Shown: positions 25,857 through 35,170 of the stretch, one piece after another | Layout: each line of letters starts with the position of its first letter | Numbering within the stretch: the stretch's first letter is position 1 | IMG/VR virus record: IMGVR_UViG_3300034147_000031 | Location: 1-51,835 of that record | Direction: 5' to 3' (one strand) | Origin: a virus | Lineage: Duplodnaviria > Caudoviricetes | Length of the DNA: 51,835 nucleotides | Program-made: the position numbers and the translations under genes | Notes under the pieces: generated by a model | Database searches by the model: none | What the model was told of the DNA's origin: nothing | Seen by the model: only the letters and a program-made list of their open reading frames with translations

Positions 25857-28683
25857 ATGAACAACCTGTTTGTTAATTTGGCCAAGCGCTTCAAGGCACA
25901 GAACCTTGAGGCCAAGGCCAAGGAGAGCATCATGCCCACGACCGTCAAGCCCGCCAAACCGGCTGAGCCAGCCGCACCGCCGTACATCGTACACACGGTG
26001 GTGCCTGTCAAAACTGGTTTCGCCATGCCGTTGGGCGAGGTCATTCGTGACCCGTTCGCACTGACGGTCGAAGCTGGTGTGCGCTGGCATCCGGAATGGA
26101 AGGAGCCACGCATCACGGTCAACGTCTGGCGCATCCTGCCGATGGGCGATGCGCTTGGCTGGAGCGGGGAGAAGGTGCTGATGTTCGCGTCACTGCTCGA
26201 CCCCAACGTGGTGGCGCTGATCAAATTCCATGGCCAGCCTGTCACCGAGGAAAGCAGCAAGCTGCTGGCCAAGATGGGGGTGGCGGCGCCGAAGGTGCAG
26301 CAAACGCTGTCCACCTTCTACAGCTTCCGCACCAACCGCAACTGAGGAGGACTGCAATGAAGGATTTGGACAAAGCCCGCGAAAAGCTGATGGCCATCGC
26401 CAAGGATGCACCGGACGATGAGGTGACGCTCATCGCTTCGGCCATCCACCTTGGCCAGTTGGTGATGAACATGATCGACAGCATCGACATGGCCAAGGCG
26501 CGTCTGATGGATATGGGAGTGGACCCCGGCGATGGTGATTTCACCACCTCCACCATTCTCAAAAATCCCGAGGGCAAGCTGTTTGCCCTGACGCTGGCTT
26601 TAGTCGACGAAGAGGAGGCGGAGGAGCATCGGGTGGCGATGGCCACGGCCACCGACCTGAGTGCGCCAACGACTACGCACTGACATTACCGGAGGCAGGG
26701 AGTGCGACCCTGCCCGAGGATAATTTCAGAGGAGGAGGACGACAAGTGAACGAAGAAGAACACGCAAATGAAATGGCCAAGGTGGCCCGCCTTGCCACCA
26801 ACGAGGCCAAGAACGCCATCATCGAATGGGCTGATCGGTTCGAAGACGAACGCGATTGCATCGGCATTGCCATCATCGCCAGCACCAACGTGGCCAAGGG
26901 CATGATCGACGCCGCGATGGGGCTGGAAGATCGGGGCATTGCCGAGGCCACGCTGCATCAGATCGACACGCTGCTGATGCCGCTGATCGACCAACTACGC
27001 GCCAAGCTGGCCAAGCAGGAGACCAAGCATTGAGGCACATCATCGACGGATGGCTGCTCACGCCGCAGGGCGTGGCCACCATGGGCAACTGCCGCCTAGT
27101 CAAAACGCAGAAGCTGCTCAACCAACTGCTCATGCTGGTCGAGAGTGAAATCGAAGAGCGCTCTGTGAAGCGCAAAGGAGGATTGGAATGATTGTGATCG
27201 ACGCGAAGCGCCCCGAGGGGAACGCTTGGGCCATCATCGCCGCCGTCAGCGATGTCCTGCGCCAGCTTGGCCAATCCAAGTTGGAGCGGAACACTGTGCG
27301 CGAACGCATGATGGAAGGCGACTACCGCAACCTGTGCGCGGTGGCCGAGGAGGCCACGGGTGGACTGATCAAGGTCGTCAATCTCGACGGCGAATTGGAG
27401 GAGGACGAAGATGAAGAGTGAAGTGGACGAAGGCGCAATGCGGATGCGGGCTGCGGCGGACAAGGCCACGGCTGCGATGAAGACTGCCCTGATCAAGGTG
27501 ATCGAAGATATGCTGCCCGAGGATGAAAACCCGAGGAACGCGGCGCGGCAGATCGGCACGATCATCACCGCCTGTTCGATGCTCTACGGCGATATGCTTG
27601 GCACCATCGCCAAGAGCGGGAACATGGCCGAGGCCGTACTGGCGGCGGGAATGGTGCAGAATTTCGTCGCCGAGCCGCTGCAAACCGTGGCCAATGTCGC
27701 GGGCGGCGCGGGCGGTATCGAGGTTCACACCAACTGACACGTTCTGGCCAGCGTCCACTGTGGCGCTGGCCTAATCGCGTCAGCGAGTTTCACCAAGGAG
27801 GAGGAATACCATGAAGGATATGATCGAACGCGCAGAGGTGGTGGCTTATCTGAGAGCCTTGGGTGTCCACGCCCGCAAGGGAATGTCGGACGGGTTTCGT
27901 GCGCGCAAGCCGGAATTCGACGACCAAGCGACCAAGCTGCTGGCCGCTGGCCTGCTGGCCGCAGCCGACCAGATCGAAGACGGGCGCATCGACAAGCAGC
28001 GCTGGTCATAGCGCCATGAACATAATTCGCTGCCTCATCGAGGCATTGAACCCGTGCGTCCACCAGTATCGAACGGTGGCCACGATGTACGACAACAAGG
28101 ACGACCCCAAGGCCACAACCATCGTATCCGAGTGCGACATTTGTGGCCGCACCAAGGAGACCGTTTTCAGAGCGGCGCCCTTGTCCGAGTGTCGGCACCA
28201 ATGGGTCCACATTCGGCGGGTCAACGTGATGAAGGACGAGACCTCCAAGATACCGCTCTACGCCGTCTACGAGCAGAAATGCGAGAAGTGCGGTGATATG
28301 CGGCGGCTGGATATGAGCAAGGAGAAACCATGACCGATCAGAAATACATTCTGGATGGCCACGACCATGTGCCGGTGGACCTGATGACGTGGGCAAAATG
28401 GTTCGGCGAAGCCGACCGCCACGTTGGCTCGACCCATGTTGGGGAATACTGGATTTCAACGGTGTTCCTCGGGATGGACCACGGCTTTGGCCTCGGTGGC
28501 CCGCCGCTGCTGTACGAGACGATGGTGTTCAAGGACGTTCCGGACACCTCTGAATACGGCGATGGCGTCGGTTGGCGCGATTTCGATGGCGAAATGGATC
28601 GCTACTCGACGTGGGACGAGGCCGCTGCTGGCCACGAAGCCATGGTCGAGAAGATCAAGAAAATGAGAGAGGAGGAAGCATGA
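25857..28683 (+). CDS. small early genes (25857-26345, 26357-26683, 26746-27033, 27188-27421, 27411-27737, 27811-28011, 28016-28333, 28330-28683)
   Basis: RBS-preceded or coupled ORFs; functions not recognised. Confidence 0.7.
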
Positions 28684-28684
28684 A

Positions 28685-28882
28685 ATGGATAGCAACCTAA
28701 CCGCGCAGGAGGTCCGAGATATGCGTAAGATCATGGGCCTGACGCAGGAGCAACTGGCTGAGGTGATGGGCGTCAGGCTCAGAACCGTGGCCAGATGGGA
28801 AGCCGATGGCCGCATCCCCAAAACAGCGGCCACGCTGATGAAGCTGCTGGCCACGCTGGCGATGAAGGAGAAGATGGCATGA
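28685..28882 (+). CDS. XRE-family HTH regulator
   Basis: VRDMRKIMGLTQEQLAEVMGVRLRTVARWE. Confidence 0.85.
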   Translation: MDSNLTAQEVRDMRKIMGLTQEQLAEVMGVRLRTVARWEADGRIPKTAATLMKLLATLAMKEKMA

Positions 28883-29429
28883 CGGAGGAACCGACACTGA
28901 TTGAACGGCTGCGGGCGAAAGACAGGGCGTGGCAAGAGCAATGCGACGGGTGGCTTGCCGATGCCCGCGAGCAAGGCGAAGTCACTGACGAGCAAGAAGC
29001 CGCCATGCGCTACACAATCTATGCCGAAGCCGTCAACACCCTAGAGCGCACAATTACCCCTGTGCCTGATGGGGGGATGACCCAAAAAGAGAAAGGCGAT
29101 TTCGCCGAGGCTTTGGCCAGAGCGATGGAGCCGGAGGCTTGGAGCCGTATCAACAGCGGAGAGCCAGATGAATGTCCGCCCAATGAGGACAGCATCAGAG
29201 CGTTGACCAGCATCCGTCACGCTTCGGCGGTGATGGCCATGCTCAGCAAGGAGGGGATGATATGAGGAACCTAGCTGAATATCCGATCACTCTTGAGGAG
29301 AAGATCGAAGCCATGAAGTGGGCGCTGGACACCTATCTCGAAGAATATAAGGATGAGCCGCCGATTGGCGACATCACCTATGCTGCGCTTGAGCAGGTGC
29401 TGGAAGAATTGCTGGTGGCCAGACCATGA
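28879..29429 (+). CDS. two hypothetical proteins (28879-29265, 29262-29429)
   Basis: ATGA-coupled ORFs. Confidence 0.55.
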
Positions 29430-29833
29430 AGCGCTCGCCCCTCAGAGCCAAACGGTTAACGCCGCGCCGCAATGAGGGGCGGGTCCAGCACAAACGAATG
29501 AAGCCAAAAGTGGCGGCTGCTCCCTCACCGGAGCAGCTTGCCTACTGGCAATCGCTGCCCGCGTCCTGCGTGGTATGCTGTGGTGTAGATGCAATCATCC
29601 ACCACCTCCTTTCCCCCCTGCCTGAGAAGATCGGGCGCCGTGATCACTGGTTCGTCGTCAGGCTATGCCCGCAATGTCACAACATGGGGACGCATAGCGT
29701 CCACCAGCTAGGCTCTGAGAGCGCGTTTAAGCGCGTCCATGGGGTTGACCTAGTCGCGGTAGCCAAAATCAATCTGATGCGCTGGAAGGGCCGTTTATGG
29801 CGCCCTGAGGAGCATCCCGACCCTATACCCTAA
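29426..29833 (+). CDS. putative HNH-like/Ref-like Zn-binding nuclease
   Basis: CVVC...IIHH...VRLCPQCH...SVH motif. Confidence 0.6.
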   Translation: MKRSPLRAKRLTPRRNEGRVQHKRMKPKVAAAPSPEQLAYWQSLPASCVVCCGVDAIIHHLLSPLPEKIGRRDHWFVVRLCPQCHNMGTHSVHQLGSESAFKRVHGVDLVAVAKINLMRWKGRLWRPEEHPDPIP

Positions 29834-30426
29834 ACTCGACCATCCCGCTGAGTAGGAACGCCAGCGCGAAACAGGCGAGGCCGAGGGCGATCAGATTAAA
29901 TCGACCGGACGCCACGCCGAAGCCTGAGAGCAGGAACAGGATGATGGCGGCGAGGAGGAAGACTAGAGCGAAGGGCATGGCGGTCTCCTCATTTGAAAAT
30001 TTTGCAGACCTGAGGGCCAAGGAAGCCCTTGCAGAAGAACCACGCATCACTCGGCTTGGCGGCATTGGCGCTGGCGGCGAGGAACGAGGTGGCCAGAGCG
30101 AAGACGATCAGCTTTTTCATGTCAGCTTCTCCGTCGAGGGTGCGAGACCGGAGGGCAAGAGCCTGATCCGGAGGAGGACACAGTATCAATCCCCGGCCTC
30201 GCATTGGCTAGATAGCCGTGGCCCCATGATCTGGCAAGCGTGGCGTGTAGTAGCCCATGATCGACCAGCCCCCTTTGCGCTTGGTGGCCCTGTAGACATC
30301 GACCCACCCGAATTCGGTCTCGATGGTGTGCTGGTCACGCTCGTAGGGCGCAGCCATGAACGCCTCTGCCGTGGCCACATCGGGGAAGAACAGCGACCCC
30401 GGCAACAGGATGAAGGTGTTGCTCAC
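29823..30426 (-). CDS. three small genes: membrane protein (29823-29978), secreted peptide (29989-30120), hypothetical (30208-30426)
   Basis: MPFALVFLLAAII... two TM; MKKLIVFALATSFLAASANA signal peptide. Confidence 0.5.
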
Positions 30427-31847
30427 TCCATCCGGACCTTGTGGTAGCTGGACGTTGACGCAGCCCATGCCAGCGTCACCTGTCCCATCGCTCCCGGCAA
30501 TCCCATCCGCTTCTTGCATACCGTGGCCACGACAATGTCATCGCCGAAATTATCACGGTGGAAGATCACGCCGTAGTCCGCCTTGTTGGCGAAGTGCGCG
30601 CTGCCGCTGAGGTCGAGCAGCGATGGCTTCTTCGGGGTGCCGTCGGTGTTCGGCTTACGCGGATGGGCCACCACCCATACGGCACAGTGATAATCCTTGC
30701 CGAACCGCTTGAGCAGACGGATGGCCCTGCCCACGTAGTCGGTCTCGCTCTCGTCGCGGCCACGCTTGTGTTCCATCTCGTTCCACGGGTCCAAGACCAG
30801 CAGCTTGATGCCGTCGCGCAGCACGGCCACGATGGCCAACTCGATGATCCTCTCGATGGTCAACTCAGTGTCGTCGTTGGCGTGGAGATTGCTGATGATG
30901 CTCAGCTTCTCGTTGATCATGTCGTCCGCAGGGCCAGACCGCTTGGCCAAATCCTCAGCCTCGTGACAGCCCAAGACGGTGGCCCGCAAGCGCCGTTGCA
31001 GCACCGGCTTGACCATCGTTTCGAACGACCCGAGTGCGAGCGGCACCCCTCGCTTGATCAGACTGGCCACAGCGGCAAGCACGGCAGTGGATTTACCATG
31101 GCTCGGCCACCCGGTGACGATGGTGAACGTGCCGGGGACCAGTGGCCACAATTCGTCCAGCCCGTCGATGCCGAGGCCGGTCGGGCTGAAATCCGGATGC
31201 TCGGGAAAATCGTACATCTTGTAGAGGCCGACCACGGGATAGGGCTTGGCTGCGAACAGCGTGTCCATGACCTGCTGCTCCGAGTAGCCCAAGGCCACCT
31301 CGTTGAGGTCCTTGGACCCTTCCGGATAGTCGATATACCAGCAGCGCTCCGGCCCAAGCAGACGGGCAAGGTCAGCAGCGAGGATGCGGCCAGCCTCGTC
31401 GCCATCCGTGGCCAAGATAAACTTCTGGACCTTGTCGAGTAGCGGACGGTGCCGATGAAACCACTCGTAGCGCTTGGCCGTGAATACGTCTTCGGACGGC
31501 TGATCATCTGCTCCGTTCGGGACGGACGTGACCAGTGGCCACCCGGATTGGTCCGCGATCATCCCGTCCCACTCCCCCTCGGTGATCACCAGCGCTGCCC
31601 CCGTTCGCGCTGCCTCGACCAAGGCTCGATGGTTCCACAGCAGCAGGGGCGCGTCCTTGTCCATGCGGTGGTCCTTGGCCATCGTCTTGCGCCACTTGTG
31701 GTTGACCACCTGCCCGTTCTCCATGAACGGCACCCGTAGCCACTGCCCATGCCCGTCGCTCTTCGAGTGGAGACCGAACCGCTCGATAGTCGCGTCGGTT
31801 ATTCCTCTGGCCAAAAGCCATTCGTGATGTTGCTCGATCATCGCCAT
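30423..31847 (-). CDS. T7 gp4/Twinkle-like primase-helicase (TOPRIM + SF4 helicase)
   Basis: ITEGEWD, SVPNGA, ATDGDEAG, KDLNE; Walker A GWPSHGKS, LVLDPWN, VAHPRK, SGSAHFANKAD. Confidence 0.9.
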   Translation of the reverse strand: MAMIEQHHEWLLARGITDATIERFGLHSKSDGHGQWLRVPFMENGQVVNHKWRKTMAKDHRMDKDAPLLLWNHRALVEAARTGAALVITEGEWDGMIADQSGWPLVTSVPNGADDQPSEDVFTAKRYEWFHRHRPLLDKVQKFILATDGDEAGRILAADLARLLGPERCWYIDYPEGSKDLNEVALGYSEQQVMDTLFAAKPYPVVGLYKMYDFPEHPDFSPTGLGIDGLDELWPLVPGTFTIVTGWPSHGKSTAVLAAVASLIKRGVPLALGSFETMVKPVLQRRLRATVLGCHEAEDLAKRSGPADDMINEKLSIISNLHANDDTELTIERIIELAIVAVLRDGIKLLVLDPWNEMEHKRGRDESETDYVGRAIRLLKRFGKDYHCAVWVVAHPRKPNTDGTPKKPSLLDLSGSAHFANKADYGVIFHRDNFGDDIVVATVCKKRMGLPGAMGQVTLAWAASTSSYHKVRME

Positions 31848-32016
31848 GTTCGTATCCTCCTCCTTTGAAATCGCAGTTGTGACATTTCCAAACCCAACCG
31901 CCATCGTGGCCATGGCTGACGCTCAGGCTGCGGTCCCGCTTGTGCTTTCGCGTGGGACCGCAGCGTGGGCAGCAGTGCTTGCCCGCCTTACGGGGTATGT
32001 CGTTCGGTATCTCCAT
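31504..32016 (-). CDS. primase zinc-binding domain encoded out of frame with the primase-helicase
   Basis: CPRC...SLSV...WVWKCHNCDFKG; the rest of the ORF overlaps primase in another frame. Confidence 0.6.
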   Translation of the reverse strand: MEIPNDIPRKAGKHCCPRCGPTRKHKRDRSLSVSHGHDGGWVWKCHNCDFKGGGYEHGDDRATSRMAFGQRNNRRDYRAVRSPLEERRAWAVATGAVHGERAGGQPQVAQDDGQGPPHGQGRAPAAVEPSSLGRGSANGGSAGDHRGGVGRDDRGPIRVATGHVRPERSR

Positions 32017-32278
32017 CGTCCCTCTCCTTGGGCGGGGTCATCCGCTTCCTCTTCACCACCTCGCCAAAGGCGTTGATCTGGTTGGCCACGGCGCCGTTCG
32101 TCCCGCCGACGTGCCACTGGTGACAGGTCTTGCAGAGGTACGGCACGAGGCGGCAGTCCTTACCCCACCCGATCAGCCGCTTCCGCCGCTTGTCTTTGTA
32201 CTGCCGCTCGATGCGCTCGATGGCCTTGGCCTTGGTCGCGTAGACCACCTTGCCCGTACACCACGCTTTGATTTTCAT
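31988..32278 (-). CDS. hypothetical basic Zn-finger protein
   Basis: CTGKVVY...PYLCKTCHQWHV. Confidence 0.6.
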   Translation of the reverse strand: MKIKAWCTGKVVYATKAKAIERIERQYKDKRRKRLIGWGKDCRLVPYLCKTCHQWHVGGTNGAVANQINAFGEVVKRKRMTPPKERDDGDTERHTP

Positions 32279-32290
32279 TTCAGTCCTCCT

Positions 32291-33025
32291 CTAAATTCCG
32301 AAATCCAGTAGCTTCGCCTTTTGGGTCAGCGTCTCCTTGCCCTTGCCGGGATAGATGGCCCGCCAGCCATTGAGCGTGGACAGGTCAAGCAGCTTGGTGG
32401 GGTCGTGGCCCTTGTCCCTCAGCTTCTCAATTTCCTTGACCGCCAGCGACAATGCCCGGTCGGTCAATGGCCAGCGGTTCTTTTTCCTCACCTCAATCCA
32501 GCCAAGCCACGCCTCGCGTGGCATCCACGCTGGCGGCTCAAAGGGGGTAGGGGGTTTCTCTTCTTTCTTTTCTTTCCTTCTTTCCCTTCTTTGTTCTGTG
32601 TCCCGCCCCTGTCCCACTTGCTGATCGGTCACTGTCCCATCCCTTTGCTGGAACGTCTGATATTTGTCGTAGTTACAGATAGTTAGGACGTTAACCGCTG
32701 TCCCACTTGCTGTCCCACTCTTGTCCCGCCCCCTGTCCCGCTTTTTTTCGATCATTCCGGCCAATTCCAGCTTGTCGAAAAACCGCTGCGCCCAGCTTTT
32801 GGAGCGGCACCAGCGCTCGCCAAAGTCGCGGACGGACACGGCCACTTGGCCACGCTCCAATACGACAGTCCGCTCCTTGTACCTCACCCTCGTCGGCTTC
32901 CACGCCGCTTGCAGAATGAGCGAGGCGAACGCCCACGCCTCCGGCTCGTCATGAAATACCGGATGGTCGAGTAGGCCACGGTAAATCAGGACGAAGCCAT
33001 CCGCTTGGGGATCGCCCCGCGCCAT
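32291..33025 (-). CDS. phage replication initiator (lambda O/DnaD-like)
   Basis: GFVLIYRGLLDHP...LERGQVAVSVR...TICNYDKYQ; directly upstream of the helicase module. Confidence 0.75.
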   Translation of the reverse strand: MARGDPQADGFVLIYRGLLDHPVFHDEPEAWAFASLILQAAWKPTRVRYKERTVVLERGQVAVSVRDFGERWCRSKSWAQRFFDKLELAGMIEKKRDRGRDKSGTASGTAVNVLTICNYDKYQTFQQRDGTVTDQQVGQGRDTEQRRERRKEKKEEKPPTPFEPPAWMPREAWLGWIEVRKKNRWPLTDRALSLAVKEIEKLRDKGHDPTKLLDLSTLNGWRAIYPGKGKETLTQKAKLLDFGI

Positions 33026-33387
33026 TACGCTGCCTCCGCATCTGCCTTCGGCTTGATGGACAGGGCATAGGCGAGCAACTCGTCAGTGAAGGCGAGATAC
33101 TCGGGGTCCTCGTCGCGTAGGCGCTTGGCCACGTTCAGGCTGTAGAGGGCCGAGGTGTGGTCACTCATGCCGAGCGTCTCGGCAATGTCCGCCAGCACGT
33201 AGCCAGCTTCCTTCATCACGTAGACCACGCCCATCCGCGCATAGGATGGGTTCCGCTTCTGATTGCGGCGCATGATCTGCGCTGGCCTGACGCCGCGCAT
33301 ACGCCCGGCTTCGACAATAACATCAGCGGCCCACTTGTCCGTCATGCGAGGCATCCACCTCCACGATTTTGGTCTTCCACCCGTCAT
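33025..33387 (-). CDS. DnaA C-terminal-like HTH protein
   Basis: ARMGVVYV...LADIAETLGMSDHTSALYS resembles DnaA domain IV (RDHTTV). Confidence 0.65.
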   Translation of the reverse strand: MTGGRPKSWRWMPRMTDKWAADVIVEAGRMRGVRPAQIMRRNQKRNPSYARMGVVYVMKEAGYVLADIAETLGMSDHTSALYSLNVAKRLRDEDPEYLAFTDELLAYALSIKPKADAEAA

Positions 33388-33422
33388 GCAATCCTCCTCT
33401 CGAAACCGTCTGCATAGGCGCC

Positions 33423-33869
33423 TCACACTGGGGGATGCAAGGCCCCCCACGAAATTAAAATATCCACCACTTCCTCCACCGTTCGGCAAACAGCCCAGTT
33501 GCTGCCAGTGGCCATGCACCACTCGCGGAACCGCCGCTGAGGCGTGGACAACGCTCCGTGCTGGCTCTTCAATTCAATCCACCCGCCGCCGCCCGCCCAA
33601 ACGAACACGTAATCGGTGCTGCCAGTGATCAAGCCCATCGCCTTGGCCTTGGCGTAACGGGTCTGGCGCTTGCGAAATTCGGCGGATTTCTGCGGAACAG
33701 CGCCCACCTCGTGGGGGATGCAGGTCCATGTCGCCTTGAGGCGGCCCTCAATCGAGGCAACCCGGAGCATGGTGGCCACGGCAATGGCCAGCCGATCCTC
33801 CTCGCCGGTCGTCCCCCGGTAGTGCTGGTAGTCCATCAGGCTGAGCAGACGGGACAGCTTTATTCCCAC
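33423..33869 (-). CDS. VRR-NUC domain nuclease
   Basis: KAMGLITGSTD...WIELKSQHGALSTPQRRF...VCRTVEE; start uncertain. Confidence 0.8.
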   Translation of the reverse strand: MGIKLSRLLSLMDYQHYRGTTGEEDRLAIAVATMLRVASIEGRLKATWTCIPHEVGAVPQKSAEFRKRQTRYAKAKAMGLITGSTDYVFVWAGGGGWIELKSQHGALSTPQRRFREWCMATGSNWAVCRTVEEVVDILISWGALHPPV

Positions 33870-33984
33870 CGGACATCCCCCCAAAAAAAAGCACAACGCC
33901 ATGTTGCAATCAAATACTAGCCGTGCAATGTTGGCGTTGGCAAGAGAGCGTGGACTATCCACTCACGTTGCAATGGAGGACTGA

Positions 33985-35170
33985 ATGAACATCAGAGAAC
34001 TAGCCCGCAAGGCAGGCGGCGAAAAGGCAGTCGCCGAGATCGACGCCGCAGCCAAGATCGAGCAGATTGCGGCCAAGCAGATCAACGAGATCATCGAGGC
34101 CACGCTCAAGGGCAAGGAAGGGCGCGAGGAAATGCTCGTCCTGACCGCCCTGTGCGAGGCGCTCAGCGCCTGTCTGGCCAATGTCGTCGCTGTCACCACG
34201 CTCAAGGCGTACAAGGGCGACCGCACCAGCGGCATCATGACCGCCATCCAGTCGCTCGGTGGCAATCTCAACCAAGCCTTCGATGATCTTGACGCGCTCG
34301 CCGCTGGCGTGAGCGACCGCATCACCGCCGCTGCCAAAAAGGGGGCCAAGTAATGGAGTTTCTCAAGGCCATGATCGGCGACATCAGCGAAGGAATGGAC
34401 ACATCCGGCGATGTCTTTGAGGAGGCGCTTACCGCATCCGAGGAGTGCAAAAACCTACTGGTCAAGCACACCCAAAAGTATGTGAAGAAGGGCGAGTATT
34501 TCAACGCCTCGCTGTTCCTGTTCACCGCCGCGTGGGCGCTGGTTGGCCACTTCAACAGGGGGGTCAACCACACCGTCAAGAAAAGCGATAAGGGCGAGCG
34601 CAACATGGTGTCCCGCCTGTGGCATCTGCTGCGGATCGCCTTCTACTCGGGCGACACGACCAAGGCGCTGGCCAAACTCAAGACGTTCGACAAGGATTTT
34701 GAAGGGGGAAAATTCGATGAAATCTGATCGCAGCTACGGCACCCCGGTGCGCGTCGAGCGCAGCAACCCGCACCTCGTGGCCAAGGTGGCCAAGGTCAGG
34801 GAGGCGCTGTTCAACGAGGAGGCAGCGCAGCGGATGGCTATCGCCGCATCCGAGAAGCTGATGGAGGCGCGCAAAATCTATCAAGCAGCGGAGGCGGCAT
34901 ACACCGCAGCCGTGGCCGCACGGAAGGAGGCAGAACGCGATGAAGGTAACGGCTGATCTGAAAAAGGAAAAGGACCTGTGGGCGGATCAGGCGGACTTGG
35001 CGCAGCGCGTCGATTGCATCGACTGCTTCCACAAGGGCGGCGGGTTCCTGCGGGTGAGGATGTTCCTCTGCCCGATCTGTGGCCACAAGCGCTGCCCCAA
35101 GGCCACCAACCACCGTCTCAAATGCACGGGTTCTAATGAGCCGGGGCAGAAGGGGAGTATGTACGAATGA
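33985..35170 (+). CDS. four hypothetical proteins (33985-34353, 34353-34727, 34717-34956, 34940-35170)
   Basis: Coupled ORFs; last has CIDC...CPICGHKRCPKA. Confidence 0.6.

Larger units (their letters stand above)
21109..26728 (+). repeat. family B intergenic hairpin repeats (21109-21169, 22469-22524, 22886-22943, 24591-24658, 25772-25826, 26681-26728)
   Basis: Shared (R)GAG-[variable GC stem]-CCGAN(G/A)A core, starting at or just after the upstream stop and followed by a GGAGG RBS. Confidence 0.75.
22155..27783 (+). repeat. family A intergenic hairpin repeats (22155-22203, 23214-23261, 23498-23545, 23970-24018, 24267-24314, 27734-27783)
   Basis: Consensus YTGAYRCG-YTCT-GGCCAGC-N10-12-GCTGGCC-TAAY-CGYRTCAR. 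Confidence 0.95.

Noticed and set aside
21109-26728. Hammerhead ribozyme reading of family B (CCGATGA/CTGAGA)
   Set aside because: The required CUGANGA...GAAA core order and three-stem junction are absent.
22155-27783. CRISPR array interpretation of family A repeats
   Set aside because: Intervals are 0.25-3.4 kb and contain whole genes; repeats vary internally; no cas genes.
21109-27783. Canonical integron attC sites or intrinsic terminators
   Set aside because: No RYYYAAC/GTTRRRY boxes, no integrase in the window, apical stems favour sense-strand G-U pairs, and there are no U-tracts.
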